A stretch of DNA of 64,000 nucleotides from Eledone cirrhosa (taxonomy: Eukaryota): the NCBI GenBank assembly GCA_964016885.1, contig OZ024742.1:375720001-375784000 (forward strand), read 5' to 3'. Each line of letters begins with the position of its first letter. The stretch's first letter is position 1. Made by a program: the position numbers and the translations under genes. The notes under the pieces are model-generated. The model was not told the origin of the DNA, ran no database searches, and worked only from the letters and a program-made list of their open reading frames with translations. Positions 1 to 12,199 of the stretch are shown here, piece after piece.

Positions 1-3000
1 AGGTATGGAAGGTCTCCTGTCTATCTAGACACTCAGGAGAGCAGGGAGATTTGGAAGGTCTCCTGTCTATCTAGACACTCACTAGAGAGTAGGGAGGTAT
101 GGAAGGTCTCCTGTCTGTCTAGACACTCAGTAGAGAGCAGGGAGGTATGGAAGGTCTCCTGCCTATCTAGAAACTCACTAGAGAGCAGGGAGGTATGGAA
201 GTTCTCCTGTCTATCCAGACACCCACTAGAGAGCAGGGAGGTATGGAAGGTCTCCTGTCTATCTAGACACTCAGGAGAGCAGGGAGATTTGGAAGGTCTC
301 CTGTCTATCTAGACACCCACTAGAGAGTAGGGAGGTATGGAAGGTCTCCTGTCTGTCTAGACACTCAGTAGAGAGCAGGGAGGTATGGAAGGTCTCCTGC
401 CTATCTAGAAACTCACTAGAGAGCAGGGAGGTATGGAAGGTCTCCTGTCTATCTAGACACTCAGGAGAGAGCAGGGAGGTATGGAAGGTCTCCTGTCTAT
501 CTACACACCCAGTAGAGAGGAGGGAGGTATGTAAGGTCTCCTGCCTATCTAGACACTCAGTAGAGAGTAGGGAGGTCTCCTGTCTATCTAGACACTCACT
601 AGAGAGCAGGGAGGTACGGAAGGTCTCCTGTCTATCTAGACACTCAGAAGAGAGCAGAGAGGTATGGAAGGTCTCCTGTCTATCTAGACACTCACTAGAG
701 AGTACGGGGGTATGTAAGGTCTCCTGTCTATCTAGACACTCAGTAGAGAGTAGGGAGGTCTCCTGTCTATCTAGACACTCACTAGAGAGCAGGGAGGTAT
801 GGAAGGTCTCCTGTCTATCTAGACAATCAGAAGAGAGCAGAGAGGTATGGAAGGTCTCCTGTCTATCTAGACACTCAGGAGAGAGTAGGGAGATATGGAA
901 GGTCTCCTGTCTATCTAGACACTCACTAGAGAGCAGGGAGGTATGGAAGGTCTCCTGTCTATCTAGACACTCAGTAGAGAGCAGGGAGATATGGAAGGTC
1001 TCCTGTCTATCTAGACACTCACTAGAGAGCAGGGAGGTATGGAAGGTCTCCTGTCTATCTAAACACTCAGTGGAGAGCAGGGAGGTATGGAAGGTCTCCT
1101 GCCTATCTAGAAACTCACTAGAGAGGAGGGAGGTATGGAAGTTCTCCTGTCTATCTAGACACTCACTAGAGAGCAAGGAGGTATGGAAGGTCTCCTGTCT
1201 ATCTAGACTCTCAGTAGAGAGCAGGGAGGTCTCCTGTCTATCTACACACTCAGTAGAGAGCAGGGAGGTACGGAAGGTCTCCTGTCTATCTAGAGACTCA
1301 CTAGAGAGCAGGAAGGTATGGAAGGTCTCCTGTCTATCTAGACACTCAGGAGAGCAGGGAGATATGGAAGGTCTCCTGTCTATCTAGACACTCACTAGAG
1401 AGTAGGGAGGTCTCCTGTCTATCTAGACACTCAGTAGAGAGCAGGGACGTATGGAAGGTCTCCTGACTATCTACACACCCAGTAGAGAGGAGGGAGGTAT
1501 GTAAGGTCTCCTGTCTATCTAGACACTCAGTAGAGAGTAGGGAGGTCTCCTGTCTATCTAGACACTCACTAGAGAGCAGGGAGGTATGGAAGGTCTCCTG
1601 TCTATCTAGACAGTCAGTAGAGCGCAGGGAGGTACGGAAGTTCTCCTGTCTATCTAGAAACTCACTAGAGAGTACGGGGGTATAGAAGGTATCCTGTCTA
1701 TATAGACACTCAGTAGAGAGCAGGGAGGTATGTAAGATTTCCTGTCTATCTAGACACTCACTAGAGAGTAGGGAGATAAGGAAGGTCTCCTGTCTATCTA
1801 GACACTCAGTAGAGAGCAGGAAGGTCTCCTGTCTATCTAGACACTGAGTAGAGAGCAGGGAGGTATGGAAGTTCTCCTGTCTATCCAGACACTCACTAGA
1901 GAGCAGGGACGTATGGAAGGTCTCCTGTCTATCTAGACACTCAGTAGAAAGCAGGGAGGTACGGAAGGTCTCCTGTCTATCTAGAGACTCACTAGAGAGC
2001 AGGGAGGTATGGAAGGTCTCCTGTCTATCTAGACACTCAGGAGAGCAGGGAGATTTGGAAGGTCTCCTGTCTATCTAGACACTCACTAGAGAATAGGGAG
2101 GTATGGAAGGTCTCCTGTCTGTCTAGACACTCAGTAGAGAGCAGGGAGGTATGGAAGGTCTCCTGCCTATCTAGAAACTCACTAGAGAGCAGGGAGGTAT
2201 GGAAGTTCTCCTGTCTATCCAGACACCCACTAGAGAGCAGGGAGGTATGGAAGGTCTCCTGTCTATCTACACACCCAGTAGAGAGGAGGGAGGTATGTAA
2301 GGTCTCCTGCCTATCTAGACACTCAGTAGAGAGTAGGGAGGTCTCCTGTCTATCTAGACACTCACTAGAGAGCAGGGAGGTATGGAAGGTCTCCTGTCTA
2401 TCTAGACACTCAGAAGAGAGCAGAGAGGTATGGAAGGTCTCCTGTCTATCTAGACACTCACTAGAGAGCAGGGAGGTATGGAAGGTCTCCTGTCTATCTA
2501 GACACTCAGGAGAGAGCAGGGAGGTATGGAAGGTCTCCTGTCTATCTACACACCCAGTAGAGAGGAGGGAGGTATGTAAGGTCTCCTGCCTATCTAGACA
2601 CTCAGTAGAGAGTAGGGAGGTCTCCTGTCTATCTAGACACTCACTAGAGAGCAGGGAGGTACGGAAGGTCTCCTGTCTATCTAGACACTCAGAAGAGAGC
2701 AGAGAGGTATGGAAGGTCTCCTGTCTATCTAGACACTCACTAGAGAGTACGGGGGTATAGAAGGTATCCTGTCTACCTAGACACTCAGTAGAGAGCAGGG
2801 AGGTATGGAAGGTCTCCTGTCTATCTAGACACTCAGAAGAGAGCAGAGAGGTATGGAAGGTCTCCTGTCTATCTAGACACTCACTAGAGAGCAGGGAGGT
2901 ATGGAAGGTCTCCTGTCTATCTAGACACTCACTAGAGAGTAGGGAGATAAGGAAGGTCTCCTGTCTATCTAGACACTCAGTAGAGAGCAGGAAGGTCTCC

Positions 3001-6000
3001 TGTCTATCTAGACAATGAGTAGAGAGCAGGGAGGTATGGAAGTTCTCCTGTCTATCCAGACACTCACTAGAGAGCAGGGACGTATGGAAGGTCTCCTGTC
3101 TATCTAGACACTCAGTAGAGAATAGGGAGGTATGGATGGTCTCCTGTCTAGTCTAGACACTCACTAGAGAGCATGGAGGTATGGAAGGTCTCCTGTCTAT
3201 CTAGACACTCACTAGAGGCAGGGTGGTATGGATGGTCTCCTGTCTATCTAGACACTCACTAGAGAGCATGGAGGTATGGAAGGTCTCCTGTCTGTCTAGA
3301 CACTCACTAGAGAGCATGCAGGTATGGAAGGTCTCCTGTCTATCTAGACACTCACTAGAGAGCAGGGACGTATGGAAGGTCTCCTGTCTATCTAGACACT
3401 CAGTAGAGAATAAGGAGGTATGGATGGTCTCCTGTCTATCTAGACACTCACTAGAGAGCACGGAGGTATGGAAGGTCTCCTGTCTATCTAGACATTCACT
3501 AGAGAGCATGGAGGTATGGAAGGTCTCCTGTCTGTCTAGACACTCACTAGAGAGCAGGCAGGTATGGAAGGTCTCCTGTCTATCTAGACACTCACTAGAG
3601 AGCAGGGACGTATGGATGGTCTCCTGTCTATCTAGACACTCAGCAGAAAGCAGGGAGGTACGGAAGGTCTCCTGTCTATCTAGAGACTAACTAGGGAGCA
3701 GGGAGGTATGGAAGGTCTCCTGTCTATCTAGACATTAACTAGAGAGCAGGGAGGTATGGAAGGTCTCCTGTCTATCTAGACACTCACTAGAGAGCAGGGA
3801 GATACGGAAGGTCTCCTGTCTATCTAGACACTCACTAGAGAGCAGGGAGGTATGGAAGTTCTCCTGTCTATCTAGACACTCACTAGAGAGCAGGGAGGTA
3901 TGGAAGGTCTCCTGTCTATCTAAACACCCAGTAGAGAGGAGGGAGGTATGTAAGGTCTCCTGTCTATCTAGACAATCAGTAGAGAGCAGGGAGATATGGA
4001 AGGTCTCCTGTCTATCTAGACACTCAGTAGAGAGCAGGGAGGTCTCCTGTCTATCTAGACACTGAGTAGAGAGCAGGGAGGTATGGAAGTTCTCCTGTCT
4101 ATCCAGACACTAAGGAGAGAGCAGGCAGGTATGGATGGTCTCCTGTCTATCTAGACACTCAGGAGAGCAGGGAGATACGGAAGGTTTCCTGTCTATCTAG
4201 ACACTCACTAGAGAGCAGGGAGGTACGGAAGGTCTCCTGTCTATCTAGACACTCACTAGAGAGCAGGGAGATACGGAAGGTCTAATGTCTATCTAAACAC
4301 TCACTAGAGAGCAGGGAGGTACGCAAGGTCTCCTGTCTATCTAGACACTCACTAGAGAGCAGGGAGGTATGGAAGGTCTCCTGTCTATCCAGACACTCAC
4401 TAGAGAGCAGGGAGATACGGAAGGTCTCCTGTCTATCTAGACACTCACTAGAGAGCAGGGAGGTATGGAAGGTCTCCTGTCTATCCAGACACTCACTAGA
4501 GAGCAGGGAGATACGGAAGGTCTCCTGTCTATCTAGACACTCACTAGAGAGCAGGGAGGTACGCAAGGTCTCCTGTCTATCTAGACACTCACTAGAGAGC
4601 AGGGAGGTATGGAAGGTCTCCCGACTATCTACACACCCAGTAGAGAGGAGGGAGGTATGTAAGGTCTCCTGTCTATCTAGACACTCAGTAGAGAGTAGGG
4701 AGGTCTCCTGTCTATCTAGACACTCACTAGAGAGCAGGGAGGTATGGAAGGTCTCCTGTCTATCTAGACAATCAGAAGAGAGCAGAGAGGTATGGAAGGT
4801 CTCCTGTCTATCTAGACACTCAGGAGAGAGTAGGGAGATATGGAAGGTCTCCTGTCTATCTAGACACTCACTAGAGAGCAGGGACGTATGGAAGGTCTCC
4901 TGTCTATCTAGGCACTCAGTAGAGAGCAGGGAGATATGGAAGGTCTCCTGTCTATCTAGACACTCACTAGAGAGCAGGGAGGTATGGAAGGTCTCCTGTC
5001 TATCTAGACACTCAGTAGAGAGCAGGGAGGTATGGAAGGTCTCCTGCCTATCTAGAAACTCACTAGAGAGGAGGGAGGTATGGAAGTTCTCCTGTCTATC
5101 TAGACACTCACTAGAGAGCAAGGAGGTATGGAAGGTCTCCTGTCTATCTAGACTCTCAGTAGAGAGCAGGGAGGTCTCCTGTCTATCTACACACTCAGTA
5201 GAGAGCAGGGAGGTACGGAAGGTCTCCTGTCTATCTAGAGACTCACTAGAGAGCAGGGAGGTATGGAAGGTCTCCTGTCTATCTAGACACTCAGGAGAGC
5301 AGGGAGATATGGAAGGTCTCCTGTCTATCTAGACACTCACTAGAGAGCAGGGAGGTATGGAAGGTCTCCTGTCTATCTAGACACTCAGTAGAGAGCAGGG
5401 AGGTATGGAAGGTCTCCTGCCTATCTAGAAACTCACTAGAGAGCAGGGAGGTATGGAAGTTCTCCTGTCTATCTAGACACTCACTAGAGAGCAGGGAGGT
5501 ATGGAAGGTCTTCTGTCTATCTACACACCCAGTAGAGAGGAGGGAGGTATGTAAGGTCTCCTGTTTATCTAGACACTCAGTAGAGAGTAGGGAGGTCTCC
5601 TGTCTATCTAGACACTCACTAGAGAGCAGGGAGGTATGGAAGGTCTCCTGTCTATCTAGACAGTCAGTAGAGCGCAGGGAGGTACGGAAGTTCGCCTGTC
5701 TATCTAGAAACTCACTAGAGAGTACGGGGGTATAGAAGGTATCCTGTCTATCTAGACACTCAGTAGAGAGCAGGGAGGTATGTAAGATTTCCTGTCTATC
5801 TAGACACTCACTAGAGAGTAGGGAGATAAGGAAGGTCTCCTGTCTATCTAGACACTCAGGAGAGCAGGGAGATATGGAAGGTCTCCTGTCTATCTAGACA
5901 CTCACTAGAGAGCAGGGAGGTATGGAAGGTCTCCTGTCTATCTAGACACTCAGTAGAGAGCAGGGAGGTATGGAAGGTCTCCTGCCTATCTAGAAACTCA

Positions 6001-9000
6001 CTAGAGAGCAGGGAGGTATGGAAGTTCTCCTGTCTATCTAGACACTCACTAGAGAGCAGGGAGGTATGGAAGGTCTTCTGTCTATCTACACACCCAGTAG
6101 AGAGGAGGGAGGTATGTAAGGTCTCCTGTCTATCTAGACACTCAGTAGAGAGTAGGGAGGTCTCCTGTCTATCTAGACACTCAGTAGAGAGCAGGGACGT
6201 ATGGAAGGTCTCCTGACTATCTACACACCCAGTAGAGAGGAGGGAGGTATGTAAGGTCTCCTGTCTATCTAGACACTCAGTAGAGAGTAGGGAGGTCTCC
6301 TGTCTATCTAGACACTCACTAGAGAGCAGGGAGGTATGGAAGGTCTCCTGTCTATCTAGACAGTCAGTAGAGCGCAGGGAGGTACGGAAGTTCGCCTGTC
6401 TATCTAGAAACTCACTAGAGAGTACGGGGGTATAGAAGGTATCCTGTCTATCTAGACACTCAGTAGAGAGCAGGGAGGTATGTAAGATTTCCTGTCTATC
6501 TAGACACTCACTAGAGAGTAGGGAGATAAGGAAGGTCTCCTGTCTATCTAGACACTCAGTAGAGAGCAGGAAGGTCTCCTGTCTATCTAGACACTGAGTA
6601 GAGAGCAGGGAGGTATGGAAGTTCTCCTGTCTATCCAGACACTCACTAGAGAGCAGGGACGTATGGAAGGTCTCCTGTCTATCTAGACACTCAGTAGAAA
6701 GCAGGGAGATACGGAAGGTCTCCTGTCTATCTAGAGACTCACTAGAGAGCAGGGAGGTATGGAAGGTCTCCTGTCTATCTAGACACTCAGGAGAGCAGGG
6801 AGATACGGAAGGTCTCCTGTCTATCTAGACACTCACTAGAGAGTAGGGAGGTATGGAAGGTCTACTGTCTGTCTAGACACTCAGTAGAGGGCAGGGAAGT
6901 ATGGAAGGTCTCTTGCCTATCTAGAAACTCACTAGAGAGCAGGGAGGTATGGAAGTTCTCCTGTCTATCTAGACACCCACTAGAGAGCAGGGAGGTATGG
7001 AAGGTCTCCTGTCTATCTACACACCCAGTAGAGAGGAGGGAGGTATGTAAGGTCTCCTGCCTATCTAGACACTCAGTAGAGAGTAGGGAGGTCTCCTGTC
7101 TATCTAGACACTCACTAGAGAGCAGGGAGGTATGTAAGGTCTCCTGTCTATCTAGACACTCAGAAGAGAGCAGAGAGGTATGGAAGGTCTCCTGTCTATC
7201 TAGACACTCACTAGAGAGCAGGGAGGTATGGAAGGTCTCCTGTCTATCTAGACACTCAGGAGAGAGTAGGGAGATATGGAAGGTCTCCTGTCTATCTAGA
7301 CACTCACTAGAGAGCAGGGAGATATGGAAGTTCTCCTGTCTATCTAGACACTCAGGAGAGAGTAGGGAGATATGCAAGGTCTCCTGTCTATCTAGACACT
7401 GAGTAGAGAGCAGGGAGGTATGGAAGGTCTCCTGTCTATCTAGACACTCAGTAGAGAGCAGGGAGGTACGGAAGGTCTCCTGTCTATCTAGACACTCACT
7501 AGAGAGCAGGGAGGTATGGAAGGTCTCCTGTCTATCTAGACACTCACTAGAGAGCATGGAGGTATGTAAGGTCTCCTGTCTATCTAGACACTCAGTAGAA
7601 AGGAGGGAGGTACGGAAGGTCTCCTGTCTATCTAGAGACTCACTAGAGAGCAGCGAGGTATGGATGGTCTGTCTATCTAGACACTCAGGAGAGCAGGGAC
7701 ATATGGAAGGTCTCCTGTCTATCTAGACACTCACTAGAGAGCAGGGAGGTATGGAAGGTCTCCTGTCTGTCTAGACACTCACTAGAGAGCAGGGAGGTAT
7801 GGAAGGTCTCCTGTCTATCTAGAAACTCACTAGAGAGCAGGGAGGTATGGAAGTTCTCCTGTCTATCTAGACACTCACTAGAGAGCAGGGAGGTATGGAA
7901 GGTCTCCTGTCTATCTAGACACTCACTAGAGAGCAGGGAGGTATGGAAGGTCTCCTGCCTATCTAGAAACTCACTAGAGAGCAGGGAGGTATGGAAGTTC
8001 TCCTGTCTATCTAGACACTCACTAGAGAGCAGGGAGGTATGGAAGGTCTCCTGTCTATCTAGACACTCACTAGAGAGCAGGGAGGTATGGAAGGTCTTCT
8101 GTCTATCTAGACACTCACTAGAGAGCAGGGAGGTATGAAAGGTCTCCTGTCTATCTAGACAGTCAGTACAGTGCAGGGAGGTATGTAAGGTCTCCTGTCT
8201 ATCTAGACACTCACTAGAGAGCAGGGAGGTATGGAAGGTCTCCTGTCTATCTAGACACTCACTAGAGAGCAGGGAGGTATGGAAGGTCTCCTGTCTATCT
8301 AGACACTCACTAGAGAGCAGGCAGGTATGGAAGGTCTCCTGTCTATCTAGACATTCACTAGAGAGCAGGGAGGTATGGATGGTCTCCTATCTATCTAAAC
8401 ACTCACTAGAGAGCAGGGAGGTATGGCAGGTCTCCTGTCTATCTAGACATTCACTAGAGAGCAGGGAGGTATGGAAGGTCTCCTGTCTGTCTAGACACTC
8501 ACTAGAGAGCAGGCAGGTATGGAAGGTCTCCTGTCTATCTAGACACTCACTAGAGAGCAGGGAGGTATGGAAGGTCTCCTGTCTATCTAGACACTCACTA
8601 GAGAGCAGGGAGGTATGGAAGGTCTCCTGTCTATCTAGACACTCACTAGAGAGCAGGGAGGTATGGAAGGTCTCCTGTCTGTCTAGACACTCACTAGAGA
8701 GCAGGGAGGTATGGAAGGTCTTCTGTCTATCTAGCCACTCACTAGAGAGCAGGGTGGTATGGAAGGTCTCCTGTCTGCCTAGACACTCACTAGAGAGCAG
8801 GCAGGTATGGAAGGTCTCCTGTCTATCTAGACGCTCACTAGAGAGCAGGGAGGTATGGAAGGTCTCCTGTCTATCTAGACAGTCAGTAGAGTGCAGGGAG
8901 GTATGTAAGGTCTCCTGTCTATCTAGACACTCAGTAGAGAGGAGGGAGGTATGGAGGTCTCCTGTCTATCTAGACATTCACTAGAGAGCAGGGAGGTATG

Positions 9001-12000
9001 GAAGGTCTCCTGTCTATCTAGACACTCACTAGGGAGTAGGGAGGTATGGATGGTCTCCTGTCTATCTAAACACTCACTAGAGAGCAGGGAGGTATGGAAG
9101 GTCTCCTGTCTATCTAGACATTCACTAGAGAGCAGGGAGGTATGGAAGGTCTCCTGTCTATCTAGACACTGAGTAGAGAGCAGGGAGGTATGGAAGGTCT
9201 CCTGTCTATCTAGACACTCAGTAGAGAGCAGGGAGGTACGGAAGGTCTCCTGTCTATCTAGACACTCACTAGAGAGCAGGGAGGTATGGAAGGTCTCCTG
9301 TCTATCTAGACACTCACTAGAGAGCAGGGAGGTATGGAAGGTCTCCTGTTTATCTAGACACTCACTATAGAGCAGGGAGGTATGGAAGGTCTTCTGTCTA
9401 TCGAGACACTCACTAGAGAGCAGGGTGGTATGGATGGTCTCCTGTCTATCTAGACATTCACTAGAGAGCAGGGAGGTATGGAAAGTCTCCTGTCTATCTA
9501 GACACTCACTAGAGAGCAGGGAGGTATGGAAGGTCTCCTGTCTATCTAGACATTAACTAGAGAGCAGGGAGTTATGGAAGGTCTCCTGTCTGCCTAGACA
9601 CTCACTAGAGAGCAGGCAGGTATGGAAGGTCTCCTGTCTATCTAGAAACTCACTAGAGTGCAGGGAGGTATGGAAGTTCTCCTGTCTATCTAGACACTCA
9701 GTAGAGAGCAGGGAGGTATGGAAGGTCTCCTGTCTATCTAGAAACTCACTAGAGTGCAGGGAGGTATGGAAGTTCTCCAGTCTATCTAGACACTCAGTAG
9801 AGAGCAGGAAGTTCTCCTGTCTATCTAGACACTCAGTAGAGAGCAGGGAGGTATGGAAGGTCTCCTGTCTATCTAGAAACTCACTAGAGTGCAGGGAGGT
9901 ATGGAAGTTCTCCTGTCTATCTAGACACTCAGTAGAGAGCAGGCAGGTATGGAAGGTCTCCTGTCTATCTAGAAACTCACTAGAGTGCAGGGAGGTATGG
10001 AAGTTCTCCAGTCTATCTAGACACTCAGTAGAGAGCAGGAAGTTCTCCTGTCTATCTAGACACTCAGTAGAGAGCAGGGACGTATGGAAGGTCTCCTGAC
10101 TATCTAGACACTCAGTATAGAGTAGGGAGGTCTCCTGTCTATCTAGACACTCACTAGAGAGCAGGGAGGTATGGAAGGTCTCCTGTCTATCTAGACAGTC
10201 AGTAGAGCGCAGGGAGGTATGGAAGGTCTCCTGCCTATCCAGACACTCACTAGAGAGTACGGGGGTATAGAAGGTATCCTGTCTATCTAGACACTCAGTA
10301 GAGAGCAGGGAGGTATGTAAGGTTTCCTGTCTATCTAGACACTCACTAGAGAGTAGGGAGATAAGGAAGGTCTCCTGTCTATCTAGACACTCAGTAGAGA
10401 GCAGGAAGGTCTCCTGTCTATCTAGACACTCAGTAGAGAGCAGGAAGGTCTCCTGTCTATCTAGACACTGAGAAGAGAGCAGGGAGGTATGGAAGTTCTC
10501 TTGTCTATCCAGACACTCACTAGAGAGCAGGGACGTATGGAAGGTCTCCTGTCTATCTAGACACTCAGTAGAGAATAGGGAGGTATGGATGGTCTCCTGT
10601 CTAGTCTAGACACTCACTAGAGAGCATGGAGGTATGGAAGGTCTCCTGTCTATCTAGACACTCACTAGAGAGCAGGGAGGTATGGAAGGTCTCCTGTATG
10701 TCTAGACACTCACTAGAGAGCAGGCAGGTATGGAAGGTCTCCTGTCTATCTAGACACTCACTAGAGAGCATGGAGGTATGGAAGGTCTCCTGTCTATCTA
10801 GACACTCACTAGAGAGCAGGGAGATATGGAAGGTCTCCTGTCTATCTAGAGACTCACTAGAGAGCAGGGAGGTATGGAAGGTCTCCTGTCTATCTAGACA
10901 CTCAGGAGAGCAGGGAGATATGGAAGGTCTCCTGTCTATCTAGACACTCACTAGAGAGCAGGGAGATATGGAAGGTCTCCTGTCTATCTAGACACTCACT
11001 AGAGAGCAGGGATGTATGGAAAGTCTCCTGTCTATCTAGAAATTCAGGAGAGCAGGGAGATATGGAAGGTCTCCTGTCTATCTAGACACTCACTAGAGAG
11101 CAGGGAGGTATGGAAGGTCTCCTGTCTGTCTAGACACTCAGTAGAGAGCAGGGAGGTATGGAAGGTCTCCTGCCTATCTAGAAACTCACTAGAGAGCAGG
11201 GAGGTATGGAAGTTCCCCTGTCTAGCTAGACACTGACTAGAGAGCAGGGAGGTATGGAAGGTCTCCTGTCTATCTAGACAATCAGTAGAGAGCAGGGAGA
11301 TATGGAAGGTCTCCTGTCTATCTAGACACTCAGTAGAGAGCAGGGAGGTCTCCTGTGTATCTAGACACTGAGTAGAGAGCAGGGAGGTATGGAAGTTCTC
11401 CTGTCTATCCAGACACTAAGGAGAGAGCAGGCAGGTATGGAAGGTCTCCTGTCTATCTAGACACTCAGTAGAGAGCAGGGAGGTATGGAAGGTCTCCTGT
11501 CTATCTAGAAACTCACTAGAGAGCAGGGAGGTATGGAAGTTCTCCTGTCTATCTAGACACTCTGTAGAGAGCAGGAAGTTCTCCTGTCTATCTAGACACT
11601 CAGTAGAGAGCAGGGAGGTATGGAAGGTCTCCCGACTATCTACACACCCAGTAGAGAGTAGAGAGGTCTCCTGTCTATCTAGACACTCAGAAGAGAGCAG
11701 AGAGGTATGGAAGGTCTCCTGTCTATCTAGACACTCAGGAGAGAGTAGGGAGATATGCAAGGTCTCCTGTCTATCTAGACACTCACTAGAGAGCAGGGAG
11801 ATATGGAAGGTCTCCTGTCTATCTAGACACTCAGTAGAGAGCAGGGAGGTATGGAAGGTCTCCTGTCTATCCAGACACTCACTAGAGAGCAGGGAGGTAT
11901 GGAAGGTCTCCTGTTTATCTAGACACTCAGTAGAGAGCAGGGAGGTACGGAAGATCTCCTGTCTATCTAGAGACTCACTAGAGAGCAGGGAGGTATGGAA

Positions 12001-12199
12001 GGTCTCCTGTCTATCTAGACACTCACTAGAGAGCAGGGAGGTATGGAAGGTCTCCTGTCTAACTAGACACTCAGTAGAGAGCAGGGAGGTATGGAATGTC
12101 TCCTGCCTATCTAGAAACTCACTAGAGAGCAGGGAGGTATGGAAGGTCTCCTATCTATCTAGACACTCACTAGAGAGCAGGGAGATATGGAAGGTCTCC

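Noticed and set aside
92-100. Shine-Dalgarno-like GGAGGT followed by ATG in each monomer
   Set aside because: The ATG abuts the motif with no spacer, and its frame (MEGLLSI) stops after 7 codons. Nothing indicates a prokaryotic context.
139-145. AGGGAGG (CCTCCCT, the human recombination-hotspot heptamer) and resemblance to the minisatellite core GGGCAGGAXG
   Set aside because: The match is short, the full 13-mer CCNCCNTNNCCNC has a mismatch, and the motif is specific to certain human PRDM9 alleles while the organism here is unknown.
241-266. 26-nt GT...AG mini-intron per monomer (AG|GTATGG ... TCTCCTGTCTATCTAG|)
   Set aside because: The donor-like and acceptor-like motifs are short and expected by chance. 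The very common GAGATATGG variant destroys the GT, there is no branch point, and there is no transcript evidence.
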